The translations under genes and the position numbers were made by a program. Below are positions 30,135 through 40,642 of a stretch of 56,951 bases of DNA, one piece after another. The DNA is from an uncultured Planctomycetia bacterium (GTDB lineage: Bacteria; Omnitrophota; Gorgyraeia; Gorgyraeales; Gorgyraeaceae). Numbering within the stretch: position 1 is the stretch's first letter; every line of letters starts with the position of its first letter. The notes beneath the pieces were generated by a model, which saw only the letters and a program-made list of their open reading frames with translations, was not told the origin of the DNA and searched no databases. The stretch is from assembly GCA_964566255.1 (NCBI GenBank), contig CAZMID010000007.1:1-56951 (forward strand), in the 5' to 3' direction.

Positions 30135-30656
30135 ATGAAGAATAAACTATTCTTTATTATATTGATTGCAATAGTTATTGCGGTTATATTTGGTGTGTCA
30201 AAATTTACATCTTCCAGCAAGGTAGAAGAAGTTAATGCTGAAGATATTAAGACAGCACCTGAATTTACACTGTTAGATATGGATGGAACCAGAACCAGTT
30301 TATCTGATTTTAAAGGTAAGGTAATAATATTGGATTTTTGGGCTACATGGTGCCCGCCATGTAGAGCAGAAATACCGCATTTTGTAGAGCTTTATAGCGA
30401 ATATAGAAAGAAGGGGCTTGAGGTGATTGGTGTAAGTTTAGATTCAAATCCAGAAAAGGCCTTACTTCCTTTTATAGAGGAATATAAAATAAATTATACT
30501 ATGTTGATTGGAAATAGAGATGTTACTGATTCTTACGGCGGGGTAATTTCAATTCCTACTACATTCGTAATTGATAGGGAAGGTAATATAAGAAAAAAAT
30601 ATCTAGGATATAGAGATAAGAGTGTGTTTGAGAAGGATATAGAGGAGTTACTATGA
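30135..30656 (+). CDS. membrane-anchored thioredoxin-like protein (TlpA/ResA family)
   Basis: 173 aa; signal anchor; ILDFWATWCPPCRAEIP active site; directly after ccdA. Confidence 0.78.
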   Translation: MKNKLFFIILIAIVIAVIFGVSKFTSSSKVEEVNAEDIKTAPEFTLLDMDGTRTSLSDFKGKVIILDFWATWCPPCRAEIPHFVELYSEYRKKGLEVIGVSLDSNPEKALLPFIEEYKINYTMLIGNRDVTDSYGGVISIPTTFVIDREGNIRKKYLGYRDKSVFEKDIEELL

Positions 30657-31309
30657 TACTTACCCAGAAAAAGACAATTGAGGATATATTAGAAGTTTTA
30701 GGTAAAAGAAAGAAGATTTTTATAATAGGTTGTGGAGAATGTGCTACAACGTGTAAAACTGGCGGAGAAAAAGAGGTGTTACAAATAAAAAAGCTTCTTG
30801 AAGAAAAAGGAAAGGTTGTTACAGGTTGGGTAATTCCAGATGCACCATGTGTTGCAAGTCAGATAAAAATGGCACTTGTTAAGAAGAAAAAATCTGCCGA
30901 TGAAGCAGACGCATTTTTAGTGCTTGCCTGCGGGTTAGGGGCACAGTCTTTACTCGAAAATGATAGATCAAAGAAACCTGTTTACATAGGCTGTGACACT
31001 ATGTTTGGAACTATTGTTGATAAGACAGGCATTGGATTTTCTGAAAGATGTGCTATGTGCGGTGAATGTGTTTTAAATATTACAGGTGGGATTTGTCCTA
31101 TGACCAGATGTGCAAAAGGTCTTTTAAATGGACCATGTGGTGGTTCAGATAAAGGCAAGTGTGAAGTAGATAAGAATAAAGACTGTGCGTGGATACTGAT
31201 ATATAATCGCCTCAAAGAACTTAATATGCTTGAAAATATGAAAAAGGTAAAACCAACGAAGAATTATTCTAAATTAACTAAACCAAGAGAAGTTACTTTG
31301 GAAGGATAG
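30653..31309 (+). CDS. MetV-like Cys-rich protein (methylenetetrahydrofolate reductase C-terminal-domain family)
   Basis: 218 aa; CAMCGECVLNITGGICPMTRCAKGLLNGPCGGSDKGKCEV matches my memory of the MTHFR_C/MetV signature; 4-nt overlap with the tlpA-like gene. Confidence 0.6.
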   Translation: MILTQKKTIEDILEVLGKRKKIFIIGCGECATTCKTGGEKEVLQIKKLLEEKGKVVTGWVIPDAPCVASQIKMALVKKKKSADEADAFLVLACGLGAQSLLENDRSKKPVYIGCDTMFGTIVDKTGIGFSERCAMCGECVLNITGGICPMTRCAKGLLNGPCGGSDKGKCEVDKNKDCAWILIYNRLKELNMLENMKKVKPTKNYSKLTKPREVTLEG

Positions 31310-31322
31310 TGAGGAATAAAAA

Positions 31323-31715
31323 ATGGATGCTTCTAATGCTCAGTACAGTGAAAAAGTAATGGGACACTTTAAAAATCCAAGAAACGTTGGTGATATTCCT
31401 AATGCCAGTGGTATTGGTAATGTCGGGAATCCAGTTTGCGGCGACATCATGAGACTTTATATAAAAGTAGAAAATAATATAATAGTCGACGCTAAATTTA
31501 AAACCTTCGGGTGCGGCGCAGCTATCGCCACAAGCAGCATGGTTACAGAGCTTGTTAAAGGAAAGACTGTTGAAGATGCACTTAAAATTTCTAATAGGGC
31601 TGTTGCTGAAGCTTTAGGAGGACTTCCTCCTATAAAGATGCACTGTTCTCTTTTAGCAGAACAAGCACTTCGTTCAGCAATAGAGGATTACTTGAAGAAA
31701 AAGGAGAAAAAATAG
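31323..31715 (+). CDS. iscU: Fe-S cluster scaffold IscU/NifU N-terminal type
   Basis: 130 aa; GNPVCGDIMRLY, FKTFGCGAAIATSS, HCSLLAEQAL. Confidence 0.88.
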   Translation: MDASNAQYSEKVMGHFKNPRNVGDIPNASGIGNVGNPVCGDIMRLYIKVENNIIVDAKFKTFGCGAAIATSSMVTELVKGKTVEDALKISNRAVAEALGGLPPIKMHCSLLAEQALRSAIEDYLKKKEKK

Positions 31716-33373
31716 TGGCAAGAGAATTAATTTTTGGATTAATGGGAGGGTTAGGATTACTTTTATTCGGTATGATGCTTATGTCTGAAGGCCTTCAGAA
31801 GGTTGCAGGCCCTAAGCTAAAGCAGGTCTTGAAGTTTTTGACTGATAAATCTATCGTTGGAGTTTTAGTAGGCACATTTGTTACTGCAATAATACAATCT
31901 TCAAGTGCGACTAGCGTGATGATGATAGGTTTTGTCAATGCAGGTTTAATGACTCTTCGTCAGGCAATAGGCGTAATAATGGGTGCTAATATCGGTACTA
32001 CTATTACTGCTCAGTTAATAGCATTCCAGCTAGATAAATACGCCCTTCCTGCAATAGGTGTTGGTTTTGCTTTTATGTTTTTTGGGAAACAGAAAAGGAT
32101 TAAATTCTGGGGACAGGTGCTTTTAGGCTTTGGACTTTTGTTTTTCGGACTTGTAGTAATAAAGCAGATATTTGCTCCATTGAAAGAAATACCGCAAGTC
32201 GCAGATTTTTTTGTCAGATTCAGCACAAATCCTTTATTGGGCATCCTGGCAGGATTTTTGATAACATTGGTTCTGCAGTCATCAAGCGCCGTCGTGGGTT
32301 TTATAATGGCGTTGGCCCTTGTGGGTGTAATAGATTTTACAACTGCTATATCAGCTATGCTTGGTAGTAATATTGGTACTACTGTTACGGCACAACTCGC
32401 TTCTATAGGTACGAGCATTCCCAGTCGCAGGACAGCCATGGCACATACTATAGAGAAGACAATAGGGGTGTTGATTATAATACCTTTTGTCTATACGGGT
32501 GCGTTTCAGAGGTTGGTAGATGTTGTAACGCCCGGGGTTGTAACTGATGGCAACATAATGAGACATGTTGCAAACGCCCACACTATATTTAATGTTTCCT
32601 GTACCATGATATTTTTACCTTTTATACCTTTGATTGCAAAGGTAGCTACTTTTTTAGTTCCAGGAGAAGTAGAGCTGGATCATGGCCAGCCAAAATATCT
32701 GGAAGAGCATTTATTAGATACTCCTTCTATAGCACTTGATCAATCTGCTAGAGAAATCGTAGGTATGCTTGAAGTTTCAAGGCTTGCAGTTAAAGAAGCA
32801 ATGGATGGGTTTTTTGATAAAGATCCAAAAGTACTAAAAAAGGTGAGTAAAAAAGAAGATGCAATAGATAATTTACAGACAGAAATAACAAATTATGTAG
32901 TTAAGATTTCGCAGAGGAATTTAATGCCTGAGGAGTCTGAGAAATTACCGGTTCTATTACATTCAGTAAATGATGTAGAAAGAATAGGTGACCATGCAGA
33001 GAACCTTGCAGAGCTCGCAGAAAGGGCAATTGAGGAAAAATTACCTTTTAGCGATGCGGCAATCGGAGAATTAAAGTCTATTTACAACGAAGTTAATTCT
33101 ATGATGGAAGATGTAAAAGAGGCTTTTCTTTCACAAAAACCAGACTGTGCAAAACAGGCACTAGCTAGAGAAGATAAGATAAACAAACTTCAATTGCAGC
33201 TGAGAGGAAATCATATCCGTAGGCTTAATGAAAAAGGGTGTACACCACTTTCAGGTGTGATATTTTTAGATTTTGTCAATAACCTTGAAAAAGTCGGGGA
33301 TCACCTTACAAATGTTGCACAGGCAGTATGTGGTTCGCTTCGATATAATAAGGTAACCAAGACAGTAGTATGA
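31715..33373 (+). CDS. Na/Pi cotransporter family protein with PhoU-like domain
   Basis: 552 aa, GTG start; repeated QSSSA motifs (IIQSSSATSVMM, VLQSSSAVVGF) and C-terminal PhoU-like ERIGDHAENL / EKVGDHLTNV. Confidence 0.8.
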   Translation: MARELIFGLMGGLGLLLFGMMLMSEGLQKVAGPKLKQVLKFLTDKSIVGVLVGTFVTAIIQSSSATSVMMIGFVNAGLMTLRQAIGVIMGANIGTTITAQLIAFQLDKYALPAIGVGFAFMFFGKQKRIKFWGQVLLGFGLLFFGLVVIKQIFAPLKEIPQVADFFVRFSTNPLLGILAGFLITLVLQSSSAVVGFIMALALVGVIDFTTAISAMLGSNIGTTVTAQLASIGTSIPSRRTAMAHTIEKTIGVLIIIPFVYTGAFQRLVDVVTPGVVTDGNIMRHVANAHTIFNVSCTMIFLPFIPLIAKVATFLVPGEVELDHGQPKYLEEHLLDTPSIALDQSAREIVGMLEVSRLAVKEAMDGFFDKDPKVLKKVSKKEDAIDNLQTEITNYVVKISQRNLMPEESEKLPVLLHSVNDVERIGDHAENLAELAERAIEEKLPFSDAAIGELKSIYNEVNSMMEDVKEAFLSQKPDCAKQALAREDKINKLQLQLRGNHIRRLNEKGCTPLSGVIFLDFVNNLEKVGDHLTNVAQAVCGSLRYNKVTKTVV

Positions 33374-33930
33374 ACAAAAAAGAAATACTAAGAAAAAAGA
33401 TGAAAAAGATGTTGAAATCTCAAAAACAATCAGAAAGGAGAAATAAAAGTACCACTATACAGAAAAAATTATTTAAACAAAAAGAATTTTTGACGTCAAA
33501 GTGTGTAATGCTTTACGTTTCTAAGGGGACGGACGAAGTAGAGACCGGCTCTATAATAAAGAAAGCCCTTTATATGGGCAAGAAGGTAGTTTTACCAGTT
33601 ACTTTGGAGAGAGAAAAAAAGATGAAACCTGTACGTTTTAAAAATTTTAAGCAGGGTTTTAAAAAAGGTTCTTATGGTATTTATGAACCCAAAGAATCTA
33701 AGTCAGAAAGACCTATCAGAATAAAAAATATAGATTTAGTAATAGTACCTGGCCTTGCATTTGATAAAAAAAATAACCGGCTTGGCCGTGGATGTGGCTA
33801 TTACGATCGTTTTTTGAAAAAGTTGCCTAAGGATACACCAAAGATAGGACTTGGATTTAGATTCCAGTTGTTTAAAATTGTACCTACCACAGGAAGAGAT
33901 ACCTCTCTTACCAGAGTTATTACAAACTAG
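33370..33930 (+). CDS. 5-formyltetrahydrofolate cyclo-ligase
   Basis: 186 aa; VPGLAFDKKNNRLGRGCGYYDRFL. Confidence 0.8.
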   Translation: MNKKEILRKKMKKMLKSQKQSERRNKSTTIQKKLFKQKEFLTSKCVMLYVSKGTDEVETGSIIKKALYMGKKVVLPVTLEREKKMKPVRFKNFKQGFKKGSYGIYEPKESKSERPIRIKNIDLVIVPGLAFDKKNNRLGRGCGYYDRFLKKLPKDTPKIGLGFRFQLFKIVPTTGRDTSLTRVITN

Positions 33931-33973
33931 GTAATTCGCCTTCCTTTTAATATATACTCAGGAGGTGTTTTGT

Positions 33974-35545
33974 ATGGATTCCACTTTAAAGGCAGTAGTA
34001 TCTATTGTAGAAGTACTATTTTTTATCCTGATATTCTTTGCAGGGTATTTTATAAGGAAGTTTTTCTCCGAGAAGCATCTTAAGGAGAAAGAGGAAAGTG
34101 CTAAAAGGATAGTTGAAGAGTCAAAAAGAGAATGGAGTAATAGGAAAAAAGAACTTGAACTAGAATCAAAGGACTTAAAGTTCAAGATGCGTTCAGATTT
34201 TGAGCGAGAAACAAAGGATAAGAGACAAGAACTTTCTAATCTTGAGAAAAGATTAGTCCAGAAGGAAGAGAATATAGAGCGCAAGGTAGATATACTGGAT
34301 AAAAAAGACAAAGATATCTCAAGAAGAGAAGGTCTTTTGGTAGGTAAGGAAAAGTCAATTGAAACCCGCCAGAATGAACTTTCAAGACTCATTACAGACG
34401 AGAAGCAGAAGCTTCAGAGGATTTCTGGTTTGAGCGTCGAAGAGGCCAAGAGATTATTCTTAAAAAGAGTAGAAGATGATGCCCAGCGCGAGGCACAGAG
34501 TCTTTTTAATGATACCTTGGCTAGGGCCAAGGAGTCTAGTGATAAGAAGGCGAAAGAAGTACTTTCTATTGCTATGCAAAAGTGTGCCGCAGAACATGTG
34601 GTGAATACCACTGTGTCTGTAGTACCGCTTCCAAATGATGAGATGAAAGGTAGGATTATTGGAAGAGAAGGAAGGAATATACGCGCACTTGAGATAGCAA
34701 CGGGTATTGATGTAATTATTGATGATACACCAGAGGCAGTTATACTTTCAGGTTTTGATAAGGTAAAACGCGAAGTCGCCAGGATAAGCCTTGAAAGACT
34801 CATACAGGATGGAAGAATTCATCCTGGTCGTATAGAAGAAGTAGTAAACAAAGTAAAACAGGAGATGGATAAGAGTATAAAAGAAGAGGGTGAGCATGCT
34901 ATTTTTGAAAGGGGCTTACAGAGAGTACACCCTGAGATTATAAAACTGGTAGGAAGATTAAAATACAGAACCAGTTATGGTCAGAATGTATTACAGCATA
35001 TGAAAGAGGTCAGTATTATTATGGGTGCAATGGCTGGAGAATTGAATCTTGATGTAAATCTGGCAAAAAGAATCGGGCTTTTGCATGACTTAGGAAAAGC
35101 AGTTACACATGAACAAGAAGGTCCTCATGCAAAAATCGGAGCAGACCTTGCAAAAAAATACGGAGAGTCTCCAGTAATTGTCAATGCAATAGTTTCTCAC
35201 CATGAGGAAGAAGAACCGACTTCTATTTATGCAATACTAGTACAAGCTGCTGATGCAGTGAGTGCTACTAGACCCGGTGCCAGACGGGAAACGCTTGAAA
35301 ATTACATAAAACGCCTTGAAAAGTTAGAATCAATAGCAGATTCATTCAAGGGCGTTGGGAAGGCGTATGCTATACAGGCCGGCAGAGAAATAAGGATTAT
35401 TGTTCAGCCGGATAAGATAACTGACCTTCAGTCAATGGGTCTTGCAAGAGAAATAAAAAGGAAGATAGAAGAAGGCCTTGAGTATCCAGGACAGATAAAA
35501 GTTACAGTCATCAGAGAAACTAGAGCAATAGAGTATGCAAAGTAG
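33974..35545 (+). CDS. rny: ribonuclease Y
   Basis: Start set to ATG 33974 (AGGAGG 8 nt upstream; the track uses GTG 33965). TM anchor, coiled coil, KH ([15 protein letters not shown]), HD (LLHDLGKA). Confidence 0.9.
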   Translation: MDSTLKAVVSIVEVLFFILIFFAGYFIRKFFSEKHLKEKEESAKRIVEESKREWSNRKKELELESKDLKFKMRSDFERETKDKRQELSNLEKRLVQKEENIERKVDILDKKDKDISRREGLLVGKEKSIETRQNELSRLITDEKQKLQRISGLSVEEAKRLFLKRVEDDAQREAQSLFNDTLARAKESSDKKAKEVLSIAMQKCAAEHVVNTTVSVVPLPNDEMKGRIIGREGRNIRALEIATGIDVIIDDTPEAVILSGFDKVKREVARISLERLIQDGRIHPGRIEEVVNKVKQEMDKSIKEEGEHAIFERGLQRVHPEIIKLVGRLKYRTSYGQNVLQHMKEVSIIMGAMAGELNLDVNLAKRIGLLHDLGKAVTHEQEGPHAKIGADLAKKYGESPVIVNAIVSHHEEEEPTSIYAILVQAADAVSATRPGARRETLENYIKRLEKLESIADSFKGVGKAYAIQAGREIRIIVQPDKITDLQSMGLAREIKRKIEEGLEYPGQIKVTVIRETRAIEYAK

Positions 35546-35557
35546 AAAGGAATACTT

Positions 35558-36355
35558 TTGAAGATTTTATTAATTGGAGATGTAGTTGGATCGCCAGGCA
35601 GGGATGCTGTTAAGAAAATAGTACCGAACTTACGAAAAGATAAAGTAATAGATTTTGTAGTATGTAATGCTGAAAACGCAGCAGGCGGCTCAGGCATAAC
35701 GCCTGCAATTGCTGATGAATTAATTAATGCTCAGGTAGACGTATTGACTTCAGGAGATCATATCTGGAAGAAAAAAGAAATGTTCGAAAGGTTAGAAAAA
35801 GATAAAAGGATCTTAAGACCTGCAAACTATCCAGAATCTTGTCCAGGAAGAGGTTCAAGTATTATCAAATCAAGTTCAGGTAAAGCTGTAGGTGTAGTAA
35901 ATGTCCTTGGTAGAGTTTTTACAAGGAATATCAATGAATGCCCATTTATGACTGCAGAAAAAGAAATTAAAAAACTATCAAAAGATACAAAAATAATTTT
36001 ACTAGATGTACACGCAGAGGCAACGAGTGAAAAGATTGCTATAGGAAGGTTCTTGGATGGAAGGGTAAGTGCAGTATTTGGAACTCATACGCATGTTCAA
36101 ACTGCAGATGAAAAGATTCTTCCATTAGGGACTAGTTATATAACAGATTTAGGGATGACAGGACCTCAGGATTCAGTAATAGGCCGCAAGGTTGAGACGA
36201 TAATAGAGCATTTTGTTACGTGTATGCCTGCAAAATTTGATTTAGCAGAAAACGATATAGAACTTCAAGGTGCGATAGTTGAAATAGATGAAAGAACAGG
36301 AAAGGCTATTTCAATAGAAAGACTAAAAGAAAAATTAAACTCTTACCTAAAGTGA
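35558..36355 (+). CDS. ymdB: YmdB-family metallophosphoesterase (2',3'-cyclic-nucleotide phosphodiesterase)
   Basis: 265 aa, TTG start; MKILLIGDVVGSPGR, NAENAAGG, DVHAEATSEK, GTHTHVQTADE; follows rny as in Bacillus. Confidence 0.85.
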   Translation: MKILLIGDVVGSPGRDAVKKIVPNLRKDKVIDFVVCNAENAAGGSGITPAIADELINAQVDVLTSGDHIWKKKEMFERLEKDKRILRPANYPESCPGRGSSIIKSSSGKAVGVVNVLGRVFTRNINECPFMTAEKEIKKLSKDTKIILLDVHAEATSEKIAIGRFLDGRVSAVFGTHTHVQTADEKILPLGTSYITDLGMTGPQDSVIGRKVETIIEHFVTCMPAKFDLAENDIELQGAIVEIDERTGKAISIERLKEKLNSYLK

Positions 36356-37500
36356 TGAATGACGGAAGATACATATACAAAGTAAGTGAACTTACTTCCA
36401 GCATAAAAGTTATATTGGAAGATTCTTTTCCTAGTATATGGGTTGAGGGTGAGATTTCAAATTTCAAGAATCCATCAACTCTAGGACACTTTTATTTTAC
36501 ATTAAAAGATTCTAGAAGCGAGATTAAATGTGTCTTTTTTAAAAGCCATAATGAAAAGATAAAGTTTGAAGTTAAAGATGGTATGCAGGTAGTTTTATCA
36601 GGTAGAGTAAGCATATATGAAAAAAGAGGAGAATATCAATTATATGTAATGAAGATGGAGCCCAAGGGTATAGGGGCACTCCAACTTGCATTTGAACAAT
36701 TGAAAGAAAGGCTTTTCAAGGAAGGACTTTTTGATGAGTCCCGAAAGAGAGCCATTCCAGTATTACCTAAAAGAATAGGGATTATTACTTCTCCTACGGG
36801 TGCTGCTATAAGAGATATGCTCCATGTATTAGAGAAGAGATTTTCTAACGTAGAGATTGTTATAAATCCTGTTAAGGTACAAGGCGATAATGCCAAACAA
36901 GAAATCGCAGGAGCTATAGAAGATTTTAATAAACTTAAAAATATAGATGTACTTATAGTTGGAAGAGGTGGAGGGAGCCTTGAAGATTTATGGCCGTTTA
37001 ACGAAGAAATAGTCGCAAGGGCTATATACAATTCAAAGGTTCCTGTTATAAGTGCAGTAGGCCACCAGATAGATTGGACGATAAGTGATTTTGTAGCAGA
37101 TTTAAGGGCTCCCACACCATCTGTTGCAGCAGAAGTTGTTATTGTAAATAAGAAAGAGCTTATTGATAGATTAAATGATTTTGAAAATCGACTTAAGACA
37201 GCACCCTTAGATATTGTAAAAGAATATGGGGAGCGTTTAGATGAAATAGAAAATAGTTTAAATTTACACTTCAGACATTACATTGAACTAAAAGAGGAAA
37301 ATTTTAAACTGCTTTCTGAAAAACTTGAGATATTGAGTCCTTTGGGTATTTTAAATAGGGGGTATAGCATTAGTTTTAAACTGCCTGAAAAAAGAATGCT
37401 TAAAAGTGCAAGATCTCTTAAAAAAGGTGATTTAGTTGAAACAATGCTTTCTAACGGGAGTTTTAAAAGTAGAGTTGAAGGATTTAATACTGGAGGGTGA
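36352..37500 (+). CDS. xseA: exodeoxyribonuclease VII large subunit
   Basis: 382 aa; OB fold N-terminus (VWVEGEISNF), IGIITSPTGAAIRD, GRGGGSLEDLW. Confidence 0.9.
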   Translation: MMNDGRYIYKVSELTSSIKVILEDSFPSIWVEGEISNFKNPSTLGHFYFTLKDSRSEIKCVFFKSHNEKIKFEVKDGMQVVLSGRVSIYEKRGEYQLYVMKMEPKGIGALQLAFEQLKERLFKEGLFDESRKRAIPVLPKRIGIITSPTGAAIRDMLHVLEKRFSNVEIVINPVKVQGDNAKQEIAGAIEDFNKLKNIDVLIVGRGGGSLEDLWPFNEEIVARAIYNSKVPVISAVGHQIDWTISDFVADLRAPTPSVAAEVVIVNKKELIDRLNDFENRLKTAPLDIVKEYGERLDEIENSLNLHFRHYIELKEENFKLLSEKLEILSPLGILNRGYSISFKLPEKRMLKSARSLKKGDLVETMLSNGSFKSRVEGFNTGG

Positions 37501-37501
37501 T

Positions 37502-37723
37502 ATGGCAAAAGAGATGAAATTCGAAGATATGATGACGAAATTAGAAAAAATCGTAGAGACTCTAGAAAGTGGCGGGATGAATGTTGAAGAATCGTTAAAA
37601 AAATACCAAGAAGGAGTAAAACTTCTTACTCTTTGCAGGAAGCGCCTGGATGATACAAAGCGTAAAGTAGAAGTACTTATTAAAAAAGGTGGCAAAATCG
37701 CCTTAGAGCCTTTTAAGGAATGA
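37502..37723 (+). CDS. xseB: exodeoxyribonuclease VII small subunit
   Basis: Start moved to ATG 37502 (MAKEMKFEDMMTKLEKIVETLESG), 1 nt after the xseA stop. Confidence 0.85.
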   Translation: MAKEMKFEDMMTKLEKIVETLESGGMNVEESLKKYQEGVKLLTLCRKRLDDTKRKVEVLIKKGGKIALEPFKE

Positions 37724-38535
37724 TGAATATAAAAGATTATATTGTAGCTAGAAAAAAAATTATTGATAAGGCATTGGATAAATACCTCCCTCCTATAAAT
37801 ATCAGGCCCAAGGAACTTCATAAGGCAATGAGGTACGCTGTATTTTCAGGGGGCAAGAGGATAAGGCCAATCCTTACGCTTGCGAGCTTTGAGGCATGTG
37901 GCGGAAAAGATAAATCTATTATACCGGTTGCTTGTGCAATAGAACTTATTCAGTCTTATACTCTTATTCATGATGATCTTCCGTGTATGGATGATGATGA
38001 TTATAGACGAGGAAAATTAAGCTGCCATAAAAAATTCGGAGAAGCACTTGCACTTTTAACAGGAGATGCACTTCTAACCTTAAGTTTTAATCTTCTTTCA
38101 AAATCACGTAATGTTGAACTTGTAGAAGATGTTTCAAGGGCTATAGGTAGTTTAGGTACTGTAGGTGGTCAGGTCATAGACATAGAAAGAGAGAAATCAA
38201 AATTAAAAACAAAAAAACAAGACTTAGATTATATTACAGCTCATAAGACAGGTTCTCTTTTTGAAACGTCAATAAAAAGTGCAGGCATATTTAAAGGTGT
38301 AAATAGGAAAAAACTATCAAGCCTTAGTAATTTTGGTAAATGTATTGGTTTTTCATTTCAGCTTGTTGATGATTTGATTGATAAGGATGGGTATGTTGCT
38401 CTTTATGGAGAGACGTATGTTAAAAAGATGGCACACCTTTTAACAGAAAGAGCAAAAAATCATTTAAATATTTTTGGGAAAAAAGCCGATAAGTTAAAGG
38501 CAATAGCAACCCTTATTTTAAATAGAAAAACCTAA
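37720..38535 (+). CDS. ispA: polyprenyl (farnesyl/geranylgeranyl) diphosphate synthase
   Basis: 271 aa; FARM LIHDDLPCMDDDDYRRG and SARM FQLVDDLID. Confidence 0.85.
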   Translation: MMNIKDYIVARKKIIDKALDKYLPPINIRPKELHKAMRYAVFSGGKRIRPILTLASFEACGGKDKSIIPVACAIELIQSYTLIHDDLPCMDDDDYRRGKLSCHKKFGEALALLTGDALLTLSFNLLSKSRNVELVEDVSRAIGSLGTVGGQVIDIEREKSKLKTKKQDLDYITAHKTGSLFETSIKSAGIFKGVNRKKLSSLSNFGKCIGFSFQLVDDLIDKDGYVALYGETYVKKMAHLLTERAKNHLNIFGKKADKLKAIATLILNRKT

Positions 38536-38540
38536 TTAAA

Positions 38541-40445
38541 ATGACTCTATTCTTGAATAATATAAATACACCAGATGATTTAAAAAAGCTTGGCGTAGAT
38601 AAACTACCTCTTTTAGCACAAGAACTAAGGGATATTATTATAAAAACGGTTTCATCTTCAGGTGGACACTTGGCATCAAGTCTTGGTGCAGTTGAACTTG
38701 TAATAGGCCTACATTATTGTTTAAACGCACCAAAAGATAAGATTATCTGGGATGTGGGACACCAGGCATATGCACATAAACTTTTAACTGGAAGAAGGGA
38801 TAGATTTAATACATTACGAAAGATCAATGGTCTGAGCGGCTTTCCAAATAGATTTGAAAGCGAATATGATGTTTTTACAACAGGGCATGGTTCTACGTCT
38901 ATATCTACTGCACTTGGTATGGCAATGGCTAGGGATCTTAAAAACGAATCATATAAAGTAGTCAGTATTATAGGTGACGCTTCTTTAGGAGGCGGGATGG
39001 CATTTGAAGCACTTAATCACGCAGGTCATCTGAATAAAAAAATTCTCGTAATACTTAATGATAATGAAATGAGTATTTCCAAAAGCGTCGGGGCATTAAG
39101 TAAGTATCTTAATAGAATCATTGCTGCACCTGTTTATAATAAGATCAGAAAAGACGTAGAAGGCCTTTTAAAGAGGGTACCATGGTTTGGATTTAGAGTT
39201 GTACGTTCAGCCAGACGTTTAGAAGAAGGACTGAAAAGTCTTTTAGTGCCAGGTATGCTTTTTCAGGAGATGGGATTTAGATATTTTGGTCCTATAGATG
39301 GTAATGATATAGAAGCAGTTGTTAGTATGTTAAAAAACATCGTTGATATGGAAGGACCAGTACTTTTACATGTAGTTACGAAAAAGGGAAAAGGTTACCG
39401 GCATGCAGAAGATATCCCTGAAAAATTCCATGGCGTAGGATCATTTGATGTTTCTACTGGAAAGAAGAAAATTCCTAATGAAGAAAAAGATCTAGAAGGT
39501 AAAACTACCTTTACGAATGCATTCAGTGAGGTAATTATTGAAGCAGCAAAGAGTGATAAAAGGATTATAACTATAACTGCTGCAATGCCAGAAGGAACAG
39601 GTCTTGACAAATTTGCAAAACTTTTTCCAGATAGATTCTTTGATGTTGGTATGGCAGAGCAGCATGCAGTAGGTTTTGGAGCAGGTCTTGCAAATTCAGG
39701 ATTAAAGCCAGTAGTTGCAATTTATTCTAGTTTTTTGCAGAGGTCTTATGATCAGATAATACACGATGTATGCCTTCAGAATCTAAATGTGATATTTATG
39801 TTGGATAGGGCTGGTTTAGTCGGAGAAGATGGGCCTACGCATCATGGTGTATTTGATATAGCGTATCTGAGAAGCCTGCCTAATATGGTAGTGATGGCAC
39901 CAAAAGACGAAGAAGAATTAAAAGATATGTTTAAATTCAGCATTTCTTACAATAAAGGTCCTATTGCTATAAGGTATCCTCGAGGTGAAAGTTTTTCTTC
40001 TAGGAAGAATGAAATAAAAACACCTACAGCTTTAGGAAAATCAGAATTATTAAAACAAGGTAAAGATCTTACAATTTTAAGCGTTGGATATATGTCTGGT
40101 ATTTCTTTAGAAGTAGCTAATTTACTTTTAGAAGAAGGATTGGACTGCGAAGTTATAAATGCCCGTTTTATTAAACCGCTGGATATGGATATGATAATAA
40201 ATTCTATTTTAAAGACAAAAAAGTTATTTACGATTGAAGAGGGCGTAGTTACGTCTGGATTTGGGTCATTTGTCTTAGAATCAATTATTGATAAAGTGCC
40301 AAAAGATATTATAATAAAGAATATAGGACTACCAGATAAATTTATAGAGCATGGAGAAAGAAGTATTCTGCTCGATAGATATGATCTTTCGGTAGAAAAA
40401 CTTAAAGAAAAAGTAAAAACCATTTTTAACTTATGCCGAAAATAG
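38541..40445 (+). CDS. dxs: 1-deoxy-D-xylulose-5-phosphate synthase
   Basis: 634 aa; GGHLASSLG, DVGHQAYAHK, GDASLGGGMAFEALN, DGPTHHG. Confidence 0.95.
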   Translation: MTLFLNNINTPDDLKKLGVDKLPLLAQELRDIIIKTVSSSGGHLASSLGAVELVIGLHYCLNAPKDKIIWDVGHQAYAHKLLTGRRDRFNTLRKINGLSGFPNRFESEYDVFTTGHGSTSISTALGMAMARDLKNESYKVVSIIGDASLGGGMAFEALNHAGHLNKKILVILNDNEMSISKSVGALSKYLNRIIAAPVYNKIRKDVEGLLKRVPWFGFRVVRSARRLEEGLKSLLVPGMLFQEMGFRYFGPIDGNDIEAVVSMLKNIVDMEGPVLLHVVTKKGKGYRHAEDIPEKFHGVGSFDVSTGKKKIPNEEKDLEGKTTFTNAFSEVIIEAAKSDKRIITITAAMPEGTGLDKFAKLFPDRFFDVGMAEQHAVGFGAGLANSGLKPVVAIYSSFLQRSYDQIIHDVCLQNLNVIFMLDRAGLVGEDGPTHHGVFDIAYLRSLPNMVVMAPKDEEELKDMFKFSISYNKGPIAIRYPRGESFSSRKNEIKTPTALGKSELLKQGKDLTILSVGYMSGISLEVANLLLEEGLDCEVINARFIKPLDMDMIINSILKTKKLFTIEEGVVTSGFGSFVLESIIDKVPKDIIIKNIGLPDKFIEHGERSILLDRYDLSVEKLKEKVKTIFNLCRK

Positions 40446-40639
40446 AAATCAATACAAAAACTTGTAAAGGGTGTGAACTATGTATTTTATATTGTCCTAA
40501 GGGATGTATAAAACAGGATAATTTTTTTAATAAAAAAGGCATAAAGCCTATTTTATTTTTAGACGAGGATAATAAATGTACAGGATGTAGTTTTTGTGCA
40601 ATTGTATGTCCAGATGTTTGTATAACAGTATATAAATAG
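40433..40639 (+). CDS. korD: 2-oxoacid:ferredoxin oxidoreductase delta (2x4Fe-4S ferredoxin) subunit
   Basis: 68 aa; CKGCELCILYCP and CTGCSFCAIVCP; heads a D-A-B-C cluster like oorDABC/korDABC. Confidence 0.7.
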   Translation: MPKIEINTKTCKGCELCILYCPKGCIKQDNFFNKKGIKPILFLDEDNKCTGCSFCAIVCPDVCITVYK

Positions 40640-40642
40640 ATT

